DNA of 64,000 nucleotides from Candidatus Nomurabacteria bacterium RIFCSPHIGHO2_12_FULL_42_19 (lineage in GTDB: Bacteria > Patescibacteriota > Minisyncoccia > Phycocordibacterales > UBA9973), in contig MFUM01000001.1 in the NCBI GenBank assembly GCA_001786955.1, positions 410 through 64,409 on the forward strand. Direction: 5' to 3'. Each line of letters opens with the position of its first letter. The stretch's first letter is position 1. Shown piece after piece: positions 53,467 through 63,642 of this stretch. Below the pieces are notes generated by a model. The model was not told the DNA's origin and did no database searches. It saw only the letters and a program-made list of their open reading frames with translations. Both the position numbers and the translations under genes were made by a program.

Positions 53467-54552
53467 CTATCTTTTAGCTTTGTAGCTTGCTATTACCGAT
53501 TGGATATACTCCCCGCTGCAACCAAGAGCCTGGATTTTCGCCATATCAAGATTATTTTCTGCAAATAAGCCGAGAGTCCCGTAAAAATACACATCACTCG
53601 CGTATTCGCTAAAATCAGCCTTGTTGGGAGCATTAAACTTCGGGGTTGCGGGCTTGGTATTGTCTATGGCTTTAACTACATCAATAGGGCATAAAATATA
53701 TTGTCCGGCCAGTTGCTTGCCGGTAATATCGATTAACGCGCTGTCCGCCGGATAAGACAGTCTGAAATTGCAGGAATCCTGCGATTTGGTAATTTCAAAA
53801 ATGGTGGGAAAAAAATTATCCTGAAGAACTCCCTTGGCGTTTTTGCAATTAATGGCATTTGCGCCCAAACAGGCAAGCACTGAGTCGTTCTCGTAAGTGG
53901 AAGGATTACCTAATTTTGGAGCTGTGCCAACTCCGCAATTTATAGTTTCTATTACCGGCGGTGTCACTGCTATGGGAAATGTTGGCGCTGCTGTCTCAGT
54001 ATCCGAGGTAGTATTTAGAGGTAAATCCGAAGAAGGAGAAGATATTTTTGAAAATAAAGAGGTCCATAAATTTATTATGGATGAACGGTAAAACCAAAAA
54101 CCAAAGCCGAGTCCTGCAATAATAATAAAAATAGCCAAAAACTTTAATAACGAAGATGTCCGGTGCGAAGAAGGTGCAGGCTCGGAAAATGAGCTCTTTC
54201 TTAATAATGAAGATGAAGGCGAATAGGAAGGTGAAAATGAACGTATGGGCGAAGGAGAAGAAGAGACTGATGGCGATGATGATGGTAAGAATGAAGACAA
54301 AGACGGAGAAGGCGACAAGGAAGATACCGGTTCAACCGGTTTTCCTTCTCCTTGTCGCTCGTAAGCGACAGGGTTTGGCAAAACCATGCCCTGCATAGGA
54401 ATTATTTCCCTAAATGCTTCACTTAAATCATCTTCGCTCCATCCGCCGCCGGAGAGCAGAACTCCGCGGATTTCTTCCCGAGTTTTACCTTTGGCAGTCT
54501 CCCCGCGTATATATCCTAAAAGTTCTTGTGTAATCATAAATCTAAAACCCAA
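53467..54552 (-). CDS. hypothetical protein with Ser/Pro-rich linker and single TM
   Basis: Cytoplasmic N-domain, then a PSSSPS low-complexity stretch, a TM segment, and an extracellular Cys-containing domain. Confidence 0.45.
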   Translation of the reverse strand: MGFRFMITQELLGYIRGETAKGKTREEIRGVLLSGGGWSEDDLSEAFREIIPMQGMVLPNPVAYERQGEGKPVEPVSSLSPSPSLSSFLPSSSPSVSSSPSPIRSFSPSYSPSSSLLRKSSFSEPAPSSHRTSSLLKFLAIFIIIAGLGFGFWFYRSSIINLWTSLFSKISSPSSDLPLNTTSDTETAAPTFPIAVTPPVIETINCGVGTAPKLGNPSTYENDSVLACLGANAINCKNAKGVLQDNFFPTIFEITKSQDSCNFRLSYPADSALIDITGKQLAGQYILCPIDVVKAIDNTKPATPKFNAPNKADFSEYASDVYFYGTLGLFAENNLDMAKIQALGCSGEYIQSVIASYKAKR

Positions 54553-54566
54553 ATCAAAAAATAAAG

Positions 54567-55154
54567 CTAAAACTTTACTGTTACGGGATTCTGCGCGGCG
54601 TCATTGTCTCCCAGATCAAAGAATTCTTTTTTAGAAAACCCGAAGGTCCCTGCAACTAAATTTGACGGAAATTTTTCAATGGAGGTGTTCAAGTCGCGGA
54701 CGTTGGCATTATAAAATCTGCGCGCAGCTTGAATCTTATTTTCGGTGTCCGAAAGTTCATTTTGCAGAGCCAAAAAATTCTGATTGGCTTTCAAGTCCGG
54801 ATATGCTTCGGCTATCGCAAAAACAGATTTCAAGGCACTCGTCAGCATATTTTCGGCTGCACCTTTGTCCGCTAAATTATTTCCCACTCCCATGGCAGCC
54901 GAACGCGCTTTGGTAACATTTTCAAAAGCCGAACTCTCGTGAGTGGCATAACCTTTTACCGTGTTTACTAGATTCGGTATCAAGTCATATCGGCGTTTCA
55001 ACTGGACTTCAATATCCGCCCAAGCCTCTCCTGCGCGGTTACGACGTACAACAAGACTATTGAAAACAAAAATTGCCCATAAAATTATAACTCCTAAAAT
55101 TATCAAAATATACATCATCTTTGTATTATACCAATAAGCAAAGATTGTAAGCAA
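54567..55154 (-). CDS. lemA: LemA family protein
   Basis: N-terminal TM segment and the LemA pattern (RRNRAGEAWADIEVQLKRRYDLIPNLV...). Confidence 0.75.
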   Translation of the reverse strand: MLTIFAYWYNTKMMYILIILGVIILWAIFVFNSLVVRRNRAGEAWADIEVQLKRRYDLIPNLVNTVKGYATHESSAFENVTKARSAAMGVGNNLADKGAAENMLTSALKSVFAIAEAYPDLKANQNFLALQNELSDTENKIQAARRFYNANVRDLNTSIEKFPSNLVAGTFGFSKKEFFDLGDNDAAQNPVTVKF

Positions 55155-55170
55155 GTGTATAGGGGGATTT

Positions 55171-56100
55171 CTACTTATTGTGTTTGTTTTTTTGCCACTC
55201 TTCTACCAACACCAGTAGTGGTGAGGCTAGAAAAATTGAAGAATAAGTTCCGAAGAACATTCCGGCAGTCAGCATAAGAGCAAAATATTTCGTTGAAACA
55301 GGACCAAAGAAAAACAAAGCCAGAAGCACGAGAATAACCGTAAATGAAGTGCAGATAGACCGCACATATGACTGCTCCAGACTTTTGCCGACTATTTCAC
55401 TAAAATCCGCCTTGGCTGTGGCTGTCTGATTCCTTAAATTTTCCCTAATCCGATCAAAAATAACTATCGTGTCGGAAACAGAAAGACCAAGAATAGTAAG
55501 AACCGCAACGACAAAAAGAGTGTCCAGTTCCGCGCCATAATAATGGGAAAGCATGACAAATAGCCCGACAGGAATAGTCACATCGTGTAAAAGCGCGACA
55601 ATGGCGATAAGGCCATATTTCCAGGAAGCCACGCCCTGGCGACCCGTGGCGGAACTCGAGATTTTGCGAAAAGCAAAGGCAATAAAACAAATAATTGCGA
55701 GCGAAATCAAAATAACCGCCAAGATTGCTTTTCTGGTAAGTTCGCGCCCAATCGAAGGTCCAATGGAATTAAAACTCATTTCAGTTGGAATATTTTTATC
55801 TTGCAACGAGAGCACTTTTAAAAGTGAATAGTGTTCGGCATCATTTAAATCACGAGACTTTACAATATAACCAAGTTCGCCGGTTGGTTGCAAAAGAATG
55901 GAGCCAAAATTGAGAGTTTCTAAATTTGAATATAAAACTTCTTGTGTTGGACGTTCCGTTTGATAAACAATTTCGGTCAATGCGCCGCCTTTGAAATCAA
56001 TGCCAATATTTAGCCCGAAGACAAGCAAAGAAACAAAGGAAAGAATAACTAAAATTATTGATATGCCAATGAATATTTTTTTGTATTTTATTATAAACAT
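55171..56100 (-). CDS. secF: protein translocase subunit SecF
   Basis: SecF topology and motifs. Adjacent to secD. Confidence 0.85.
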   Translation of the reverse strand: MFIIKYKKIFIGISIILVILSFVSLLVFGLNIGIDFKGGALTEIVYQTERPTQEVLYSNLETLNFGSILLQPTGELGYIVKSRDLNDAEHYSLLKVLSLQDKNIPTEMSFNSIGPSIGRELTRKAILAVILISLAIICFIAFAFRKISSSATGRQGVASWKYGLIAIVALLHDVTIPVGLFVMLSHYYGAELDTLFVVAVLTILGLSVSDTIVIFDRIRENLRNQTATAKADFSEIVGKSLEQSYVRSICTSFTVILVLLALFFFGPVSTKYFALMLTAGMFFGTYSSIFLASPLLVLVEEWQKNKHNK

Positions 56101-56136
56101 TTTAGTTGAAAGTTTTTAAAGTTATTTTTCATAAAG

Positions 56137-57498
56137 TTATTTTGAAATCCCACTGGAAAACAAAAATCTGGCAACCTTTCCTTCTCCCATAAAAACAAGC
56201 GCCGAAAGAAAAATCCGGGTAATCGTAATCGCGCTGAACATTGATACAATAACTCCCATGCCGAGCGTCAATGCAAAACCTTTAATCAGGGATGTGCCAA
56301 ACCAGAAGAGAATGAGAGCAGTGATGAAATTTGAAATATTAGAATCCCGGATAGAAAACCAAGCCCGGGAAAAACCGGTGGAAACTGCGTCGGCAATGCT
56401 CCGGCCGGAGCGCAATTCTTCCTTGACACGTTCAAAAATAAGCACGTTCGCGTCAACCGCTATGCCGATAGAAATTATAAATCCGGCGATACCGGCGGCT
56501 GTCAGCGTGACCGGCAAGAGCTTGAAGAGCGCCAATATTACAGAGATAAAAATACAGAGAGAAAGAGCGGCAATCAGTCCCGGCAAACGATACAGAAGAA
56601 TCAGGAAAAGAACTACCAGTAAAAACCCGACAAATGCGGCCTTGACTCCGGCATTTACCGCATTATCCCCTAAAATAGCGCCAATGGTTTGGGTGGAAAG
56701 AAGGGCTATCGGCACCGGCAGAGCTCCGGAATTGAGTCTGCCGACAAGCGTCTTCGCTTCGGTCGGGGTAAAGCTCCCGGAAATCACCGCCTGACCATTG
56801 GGAATTTCTTCCCGGACGACCGGAGTGGAAATAGGAGCGCCGTCCAGATAAATCGCCACCATTTTGCCAACATTGTCTTTGGTAATTTGGGCAAAAAGTT
56901 TCGTGCCAACATCATTAAACTGCAAATTTACTTGCGGTTCGCGGGTATTTGCATCAAATTCCAAAGTCGCTTTTTGCAAATATCGGCCGGTAAGCTCGGT
57001 GGAAACAAATTGAGAATTCACATCCAGGGTCACTTTGCCGTCTTTATCCACGGTCGCAGTTTGCGGGGTGTCTTTAGGCGCCTCGGTTTTGAACTCAAGG
57101 AGCGGGGTCTGTCCAATCATGTCTATCGCCTGCTTTACATCGGTCACGCCGGGAAGATCAACTATCAGCTGTTCCCCTCCGCCGGAAACAAACCCGCCAT
57201 GCTGAACCTGCACAACCGGCTCGGAAACTCCGAAAATATTTATGCGCCGCTCGATTACATCGCGGAGCGCGGACATTGAATCGCCCACTTGGCCAGCCGG
57301 AACCAAAGAGGTGTCGGCTTTATAAATCAAATGACTGCCTCCGGAGAGATCAAGCCCCAGACGGAAAGGATGGTTTTTAAAAAATGATTTTTGAGTTTCA
57401 AAATTTTTGTTCAGTTTAGGCTCGGATTTAAAGACAAAAAAAGCCACTCCCGTGCCCAGTAAAAGCATAACAACAGATAAAATCAATTTCTTAATCAT
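56137..57498 (-). CDS. secD: protein translocase subunit SecD
   Basis: SecD periplasmic domain plus a 6-TM C-terminal region. Confidence 0.85.
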   Translation of the reverse strand: MIKKLILSVVMLLLGTGVAFFVFKSEPKLNKNFETQKSFFKNHPFRLGLDLSGGSHLIYKADTSLVPAGQVGDSMSALRDVIERRINIFGVSEPVVQVQHGGFVSGGGEQLIVDLPGVTDVKQAIDMIGQTPLLEFKTEAPKDTPQTATVDKDGKVTLDVNSQFVSTELTGRYLQKATLEFDANTREPQVNLQFNDVGTKLFAQITKDNVGKMVAIYLDGAPISTPVVREEIPNGQAVISGSFTPTEAKTLVGRLNSGALPVPIALLSTQTIGAILGDNAVNAGVKAAFVGFLLVVLFLILLYRLPGLIAALSLCIFISVILALFKLLPVTLTAAGIAGFIISIGIAVDANVLIFERVKEELRSGRSIADAVSTGFSRAWFSIRDSNISNFITALILFWFGTSLIKGFALTLGMGVIVSMFSAITITRIFLSALVFMGEGKVARFLFSSGISK

Positions 57499-57513
57499 AA
57501 ATATAAAGATATT

Positions 57514-58056
57514 CTATATTTTTTTTCCAAAATAAGCAACTAAATATGCAACTACGGCGCCGAGAATAAAACCGCCAAAAATGTCAATTGGAAAATGCAC
57601 TCCGGCAGTTATACGAGCCAGGCCGATCAAGAGGGCGAAAAGCATAAAAATATATCCGACCTTCTTATGCAGAAAGAAAATGGAGAAAGCCAGAGCGGAG
57701 AAAATTGAAGCATGAGTAGAGGGAAAAGCATATTCTTGATTTGGATTAAAAAGAGGCGATATTTTACTAAATTGCACAAAAGAACGATCTATGTGGATTA
57801 TTTCTTTTAAAATTGTAGCAATTAAAAATGCAAAGAACGCTGGACCAAAAACTACTAGGGAATTTAAAATTAATTTTTTTATAACTATCTTATTAAAATT
57901 TTCCCTCTTGTAAACGCCAGAATGGTAAAGCAGAAATACTCCGACACTAAAAAGAATTGCCAATGGAAAATAAACGGCAAAAAAAACAACCAGCTTGTCA
58001 AAAAAACCCGACTGGTGAGTAAAATTATAAAAAAAGAAAAAGATTTGATTGTTCAT
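57514..58056 (-). CDS. PAP2 family phosphatase (undecaprenyl-diphosphatase-like)
   Basis: PSTHAS and RITAGVHFPIDIFGG, which are PAP2 motifs 2 and 3. Confidence 0.65.
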   Translation of the reverse strand: MNNQIFFFFYNFTHQSGFFDKLVVFFAVYFPLAILFSVGVFLLYHSGVYKRENFNKIVIKKLILNSLVVFGPAFFAFLIATILKEIIHIDRSFVQFSKISPLFNPNQEYAFPSTHASIFSALAFSIFFLHKKVGYIFMLFALLIGLARITAGVHFPIDIFGGFILGAVVAYLVAYFGKKI

Positions 58057-58931
58057 TTTGATTCTGCAGAATCATGCCGCGCAATGTCCGTTAAAGCGTG
58101 GCGCTTCGCTACCGTGAGCACATTATTTAAAAGCATGGCTACGGTGACGGGCCCTACTCCCCCGGGCACGGGCGAAACATATCCGGCGACATTTCGGACC
58201 GATTCCAAATCAACATCGCCGACAATCCCGCCATCTGATTCGGAAGTGCCTGCGTCTATTAAAACCGCTCCCTGCTTAATCATATTGCCGGTAATATATT
58301 TACCCTTTCCTATGCCGGAAATTATAACATCCGCCTGCTGCAAAAGCCGTTCTTTATTTTCTGTCTTGCTATCAATCGCAAGATAAGTCAGTCCCCGGGA
58401 ATGTAAAAGCTCAGCCGTCGGCCGTCCCACCAGCTCCCCTTGCCCCAAGACGACAATGATTTTGCCTTTCAAACTCAAACCAAGCGAATCAAGAAGCGCC
58501 ATGCAGGCGAGGGCCGTTGGATACACCAAATCCGTTCGGCTGTCGTAATTTTTGTAAAACTTTTCACTTGCGGAAATGCCCAAACAATCAACATCCAGGC
58601 GCGGATTAATGCTGTCGAGTATGGCTCTCTTGTCGATTGACTTGGGCAACGGAAGCTGGACGATAATCCCGCACATATTTGGAATTTTGTTTAAAATTTT
58701 TATTTCTTTTATGAGTTCTTCGGTTGTAATAGATGCGGGGAAATTTGCTTTATGGAAACGGATGCCGACCGTTTCGGCGGTTCTCGCTTTCATCTTTACG
58801 TATTGCACCGATGCCGGGTCGTTACCCACTAAGACATCGCAAAAAACCGGTTCAAAAGGCAAAAGAGTCACTTCACTTTTGACCTTGGCTAAAATCTCTC
58901 CGCGCAATTTTCTCCCGTCAATTATGTACAT
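58053..58931 (-). CDS. folD: methylenetetrahydrofolate dehydrogenase/cyclohydrolase
   Basis: FolD family pattern, including VVLGQGELVGRPTAELL and PGGVGPVTVAML. Confidence 0.85.
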   Translation of the reverse strand: MYIIDGRKLRGEILAKVKSEVTLLPFEPVFCDVLVGNDPASVQYVKMKARTAETVGIRFHKANFPASITTEELIKEIKILNKIPNMCGIIVQLPLPKSIDKRAILDSINPRLDVDCLGISASEKFYKNYDSRTDLVYPTALACMALLDSLGLSLKGKIIVVLGQGELVGRPTAELLHSRGLTYLAIDSKTENKERLLQQADVIISGIGKGKYITGNMIKQGAVLIDAGTSESDGGIVGDVDLESVRNVAGYVSPVPGGVGPVTVAMLLNNVLTVAKRHALTDIARHDSAESK

Positions 58932-59007
58932 TAGGTTTTAGGTTCTAGAGTCTAGGTTCTAGCATTTTTTCACTAGCACCTAGAAACTAGCACCTCGTTA
59001 ACTAATT

Positions 59008-60123
59008 CTAAGCCCCTAAAAATTCATTCCGCATATCGTCCCGATGCGCCGGCCTGCTATATTTGCGCATGCTCATCAGGATTCCCAATCCCATAAACTC
59101 GGTTAATAAATGCGAACCGCCATAACTCATAAATGGGAGAGGAATGCCGGTCACCGGCATCAATCCTAGATTCATGCCGATATTTACGAGTATATGGCTC
59201 ATAAAAAAAATAGCAACGCCCATGCCGAAAAGTATTTCAAAATTAGACGCGCCTAAAGACGCGGAGTAAAGAATCCGCCAGATTACCAGGCTGTAAAGCA
59301 GGAGAATTAAAAACGAGCCGACGAAACCCCATTCTTCGGCATAAGCGGCAAAAATAAAATCGGACTGGGGCACCGGCAGAAATTTTAATCTTGACTGCGT
59401 TCCAAAACCCAGGCCTTTGCCCGTCCATTGCCCCGAGCCGACGGCGATAGTTGATTGAAACACGTTGTAGCCTGTTTTATGAATATCAGCCGAGGGATTA
59501 ATAAAATTATAAATACGGGCTTTTTGATATGGCGCAAAAGCAAAAAACCAAAATGACGCGAAAATCACCACGCCCGAAATAAGAACTAAAAATAAATGAA
59601 GCTTGGAAATTCCAGAAACAAGCACCATTCCCAGCCAGATAAAAAGTATAATCATTGCCGAGCCGAAATCGGGCTGAAGCAAAACCAGGATTAAGGGCAT
59701 CAATGCATAAAATCCGGAAATAAAAATATGCTTAATATCCCTGATTTCCACATGGCGGCGGGAAAAATACTTGGCCAAAACTAGAACTAATACCAATTTC
59801 ATCATATCAACCGGCTGAAAAGAAAAAAAACCAAAATTAAACCAGCTTTTATGCCCAAAAAAAATAAGCGTCAATAAAAGAAAGGAAAGAAAAAGGAATA
59901 AAAATACCAATACGTTTGTGCGTTTTAAAAAGCGAAAATCAATGAAAGAAAAAATAAAAAAAACAGCAAAAGAGAGTGCAACCCAGATAATCTGTTTACT
60001 GAAAAAATCATTGGAAGATTCCAGCGGCGCAAAAGATTTCATTGTGACAAGCCCTCCCGCAATTATCGGAAGAATGAAAAAAACAAGCATCCAATCTATT
60101 CTTTTTATAGCCTTTTCCGCCAT
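59008..60123 (-). CDS. ftsW: SEDS-family peptidoglycan glycosyltransferase (FtsW/RodA)
   Basis: 10-TM topology and SEDS motifs near the C-terminus (GLMPVTGIPLPFMSYGGS). Confidence 0.8.
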   Translation of the reverse strand: MAEKAIKRIDWMLVFFILPIIAGGLVTMKSFAPLESSNDFFSKQIIWVALSFAVFFIFSFIDFRFLKRTNVLVFLFLFLSFLLLTLIFFGHKSWFNFGFFSFQPVDMMKLVLVLVLAKYFSRRHVEIRDIKHIFISGFYALMPLILVLLQPDFGSAMIILFIWLGMVLVSGISKLHLFLVLISGVVIFASFWFFAFAPYQKARIYNFINPSADIHKTGYNVFQSTIAVGSGQWTGKGLGFGTQSRLKFLPVPQSDFIFAAYAEEWGFVGSFLILLLYSLVIWRILYSASLGASNFEILFGMGVAIFFMSHILVNIGMNLGLMPVTGIPLPFMSYGGSHLLTEFMGLGILMSMRKYSRPAHRDDMRNEFLGA

Positions 60124-60126
60124 AAT

Positions 60127-60918
60127 CTAATTCAATTGCACGGAGAAAATGTCATACATCGGAATTATTTCTTTGGCAACCACGGCGCCGGTCAGCGGTT
60201 CCGGCCAGGTAAAATTAATATCGGCATTTTCCAGCGGAGCAAGCTGGCTCAAATAAGTGCGGCTGGCGGAAAGGGCGTTACCTGAGTTGTCATATAAAAT
60301 CACGACTACGCTTACGTTCGGAATGGTGAAAAGCGAATTATTTTTTATCGTAGCCGAAAGCCTGGGACTCGCCGCCTCGTTTGCAAGTTGGATATTTGAG
60401 ACCAAGACTTTGACTTGGTTGATTTTTTCCTGCGAAACTTGAAGCCAGACAGGCGTTTCGGTAAATTCAAAAGTTACATAAACAGGAATGGAATTCCCGA
60501 TATCTATTCCAGGCTCAAAGACGGCGAAGGCGCTGGCCGGAGGAATGAAAGTGCTGCCCTCGCGCTTGCCTATATAAACATTATCCTTGTCGGCAAAACG
60601 GAATTTGTAATTTACTTTTTTGACCGCGGTATTTTTATTGTGATTTACCAGATAAGCGACGGCGTTATAGCGTCCGGGAACCACCTTAAAGGCGCGGGCC
60701 CAGAGAGTTGAAACCGCGTCCACTTGCGCGACGCATGCCCTGGCGCACGAGCCTCCGCAGTCTGTGCCGGTTTCATTTCCATTCTGCTTATTGTCTGCGC
60801 AAGTCGGCGCCTTGCTCAAGCTGGGAGAAATTATTAAAAATCCGAATACTGCAAAGAATAAAAAGAGAATAATTATATAAAAAATCTGCCTCTTAAAAGC
60901 CCAGGTCATAAGTGCCAT
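60127..60918 (-). CDS. secreted hypothetical protein
   Basis: N-terminal TM segment and a Cys cluster (CADNKQNGNETGTDCGGSCARAC). Confidence 0.45.
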   Translation of the reverse strand: MALMTWAFKRQIFYIIILFLFFAVFGFLIISPSLSKAPTCADNKQNGNETGTDCGGSCARACVAQVDAVSTLWARAFKVVPGRYNAVAYLVNHNKNTAVKKVNYKFRFADKDNVYIGKREGSTFIPPASAFAVFEPGIDIGNSIPVYVTFEFTETPVWLQVSQEKINQVKVLVSNIQLANEAASPRLSATIKNNSLFTIPNVSVVVILYDNSGNALSASRTYLSQLAPLENADINFTWPEPLTGAVVAKEIIPMYDIFSVQLN

Positions 60919-60970
60919 AAGGATATAATACCACTAAAAATATAAAAATAAAAACACTCTAAAAAAGTGC

Positions 60971-61003
60971 GAGCCCAGCTGTCCATAGGGACGAGCCGGG
61001 CTC
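60971..61003. repeat. GC-rich hairpin gagccc...ccgggctc (left boundary of the high-GC islet)
   Basis: Related to the hairpin at 62130-62166. Both are preceded by aaaaag(t/a)gc. Confidence 0.5.
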
Positions 61004-61047
61004 AAGCGAACGATATTACAACATCGCTAGGAGGAGTACAACTCCTC

Positions 61048-61302
61048 CTAGAACGACGAGTGCGAGGAGCAAGTCGGCTCGTCGCACCTTCCGGCTTCGT
61101 GCCATGCTCTCTCCTCTAGTAAGGCGTGTTCCCGCGCCTTACGGGTTTTTGCTTCCAGCTTGCGCCGGACGCGCCAGTACCACGCCATGAGATCCTGCCG
61201 CGGTGCCTGAGTTCTGGCTTTCATGCGGACCGTCCAGTAGGGCCGCGGTCCGAACTTGAGAAGAACGAAGGCAAGAACGAAACTAAGTGCGAACAACAGC
61301 AT
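61048..61302 (-). CDS. small membrane protein encoded in the high-GC islet
   Basis: 84 aa with an N-terminal TM segment and a basic C-terminus. Good SD (GGAGG N8 ATG). High-GC codon usage (CGC, CGG, CCG) unlike neighbouring genes. Confidence 0.4.
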   Translation of the reverse strand: MLLFALSFVLAFVLLKFGPRPYWTVRMKARTQAPRQDLMAWYWRVRRKLEAKTRKAREHALLEERAWHEAGRCDEPTCSSHSSF

Positions 61303-61457
61303 GTTAGTGCCTCCAAAAAACGAGGAACGAATTCAAGGGGAGGAGGTGCGTACCTTTGTGTATCTGCCGCAGCAGACCACTACCCAAGGATAACACCCCG
61401 CACCATCCTCCTTAGTTTTATATCATACACTATTTTACATAGAAAGTCAAGCCAAGA

Positions 61458-61502
61458 AAACCCATCAAAAAAGCCATATAATATGGCTTTTTTGATGGGT
61501 TT
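61458..61502. terminator. 45-bp near-perfect palindrome (bidirectional terminator-like)
   Basis: aaacccatcaaaaaagccatataatatggcttttttgatgggttt is a roughly 19-bp perfect stem with A and T tracts on both sides. Confidence 0.55.
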
Positions 61503-61705
61503 ATGGAGCTTGGTATTAAAAAAACGCAGCCCGGTTCGCAAAAGCGAATCGGGCGCAACAAGATGAAAAGACAAGACAATGAACTGACAGAGAAGGGGGG
61601 TGAACCCGTGCTGGCTCCCGCTGGGAAAGGCCCGAACACAGGCACGCTCCTCCGCGACGCACACCCCTTCTCCCAAGCCCATTATAAGTCAATTTATTTA
61701 AAAAG

Positions 61706-62029
61706 TTAAGCGGCTTTGGCTTCGCTCTTGGTTAGTTTCTTTCGCATGTAGGATAAAAGTTTTCTTGCAGTATCAGCTTCTTTTAAATTGGCCAAAACTT
61801 GTTCTTGTCTTTCAACATCATTAATATGAAACATCCCCATTTGGAAGCGCTGAAAGAAAACCATATCTTCTTCAGTTAGTTCTTCAAAATTGAGAGAAAG
61901 CAACATAGGGTCATTTTCTTTAATGGCAAAATCGCGAAAATATGCACGAAAAGTTCTCAGGCGAGAAAGCGCCTGTTCCTCAGGGTCTTTTATTTGTGAC
62001 GGTGTTTTTAATCCTATTTTATTTTCCAT
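61706..62029 (-). CDS. hypothetical protein
   Basis: 107-aa ORF with native-like low-GC codon usage. No motif recognised. Confidence 0.4.
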   Translation of the reverse strand: MENKIGLKTPSQIKDPEEQALSRLRTFRAYFRDFAIKENDPMLLSLNFEELTEEDMVFFQRFQMGMFHINDVERQEQVLANLKEADTARKLLSYMRKKLTKSEAKAA

Positions 62030-62129
62030 ATTTATAAATTATACCATGGCAATTGTTGGATTCGTTATTTCGCCAGATGTAAGAAGAAATTTCATGGTAT
62101 TAGTATATCAAAATCAACATAAAAAGAGC

Positions 62130-62166
62130 GAGCCCGGGTGCTTCGTCGAAAACGAAGTCCGGGCTC
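62130..62166. repeat. GC-rich hairpin gagcccggg...cccgggctc (right boundary of the islet)
   Basis: gagcccgggtgcttcgtcgaaaacgaagtccgggctc is a nested hairpin. Confidence 0.5.
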
Positions 62167-62367
62167 ATTTGAAACGGCGCCCAAAGCGCCGACGAGTCAG
62201 CCTGTAATAGGCTACGACTTTACCTGCAATCCACTCCGCCCTTTTCGGACAGAGAACAGAAAGCAGGAGGAACAGAGCGGAAAAGCTCGGCATTGATCAC
62301 TCCTTCAGTTAATAAATTAACACAAGGAAATCAGAAAAGCAAAAAAATCCCTCGCTAACATTCGGGG

Positions 62368-63057
62368 TTATTTATTAAAAACGAGATATTCCCCTTCACC
62401 GACAACTTCTGTTTTTCCGTCTACCACTTTTATAGCCATTTGGTCATCTATCGCATAAATAGTTTGCGGAATCCTGACAGCTATTTCTTCCACAATTTCT
62501 TTGCGAGAATGCGGAGAACTAGAAGAGTTTAAATGCGGCCGAACACAAAAATCAACAAAGCCAAGCCCTGTATTAGTTTCATATCCAAATTGTTTTTTAT
62601 AACGTAAGGCTTTTTCTGCATTAGCTGTATCAAGTGTTGGGCCCGTCACAATACTCCCTGCACTAACCCCCACATATACTCTTGTTTTCAAAAGTTCCGG
62701 CAGTATTTTTTTTAATCCGGATTCTTCCAGCCAACGCATCAAGTGTGACGTATTTCCGCCAGAGAAAAATAAAATATCTGCTGCCTCAAGTCGCGGTTGC
62801 CAGATTTCTCTCGGTAATGCTGAAATATCTACTATATCTATATTCTTAAATTTTTGCTGCTTAATTTGCCACAAATTATCAATAAACCAGCCCATATCAA
62901 CCGTAGGTATATTTGCCGCGGTAGGAATAAAAGCCAATTTTATTTCACTCGCCGGCTTACCCACCAAATCAAGTAGCGCTTGGGCAAGCGTTTTATTTTT
63001 TATTCCCGCTGATGTAAGAAGAAGTTTCATGTGCAAATTATAGCAAAAAACCAGCAA
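62368..63057 (-). CDS. peptidase S51 family (dipeptidase E-like)
   Basis: ILFFSGGNTSHLMRWL and VYVGVSAGSIV (catalytic Ser) motifs. Confidence 0.7.
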   Translation of the reverse strand: MLVFCYNLHMKLLLTSAGIKNKTLAQALLDLVGKPASEIKLAFIPTAANIPTVDMGWFIDNLWQIKQQKFKNIDIVDISALPREIWQPRLEAADILFFSGGNTSHLMRWLEESGLKKILPELLKTRVYVGVSAGSIVTGPTLDTANAEKALRYKKQFGYETNTGLGFVDFCVRPHLNSSSSPHSRKEIVEEIAVRIPQTIYAIDDQMAIKVVDGKTEVVGEGEYLVFNK

Positions 63058-63096
63058 ATATTCATTTACTATTGGTTAGATTAAATCCTTTGTGTT

Positions 63097-63207
<111 letters not shown>

Positions 63208-63254
63208 TTTAATATTTTGTGTTTGTTTTTTTATTTTTTGTGGTTTCCAAATTT

Positions 63255-63640
63255 CTTAACAGGAATCGAAACATTAGTACTTCTCAGCTTAACGCATTAC
63301 TGCGCTTATACTTAAAGCCTATCAACCTGATCATCTCTCAGGGTTCTTAACGATTCCTAATCTTGAAGCTGGCTTCCCTCTTAGATGCTTTCAGAGGTTA
63401 TCCAATCCCGACATAGCTACCGAGCATTGCCCTTGGCAGGACAGCTCGTACACCAGAGGTCAGTTCACTTCGGTCCTCTCGTCACATTCTCCCCTATTTC
63501 TAGGAGTGTAGACTATATCTTCATCCTTTCCCAAATTGGAAGGAGGATGTTGGCGTATTATAAGCATAAGCCTGTCCCGACGGACGTCGGGGCTTTCCAG
63601 CGTTATGCAAATCCACTCTGACCTAATGTCAGAGACAAGT
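63255..63640 (-). rRNA. rrl: 23S rRNA 3' portion (domain V/VI), upstream part interrupted by an intron
   Basis: The reverse complement contains GACGAGAGGACCGAAGTG...GGTAGCTATGTCGGGATTGGATAACCTCTGAAAGCATCTAAG, colinear with E. coli 23S around 2650-2780. The 5' boundary near 63640 is approximate. Confidence 0.8.
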
Positions 63641-63642
63641 CG

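Noticed and set aside
58930-59000. Short ggttctag / ctagaaactag imperfect inverted repeats between folD and ftsW
   Set aside because: Low-complexity and imperfect. Plausibly ordinary promoter or terminator sequence. Not enough structure to call a feature.
60971-61450. RNase P RNA, suggested by a CCAUAGGG element inside a GC-rich block
   Set aside because: Only that short element resembles the P4 region. The other universally conserved RNase P segments (GGUAAGAGCGCACC, ACAGAACCCGGCUUA, AAGGGUGAAA) are absent on either strand. The block instead contains a well-formed small protein gene.
63560-63600. cccgacggacgtcgggg resembling the REP-like CCCGAC/GTCGGG hairpin
   Set aside because: It is inside the 23S rRNA and corresponds to a conserved rRNA helix, not to an additional REP-like element copy.
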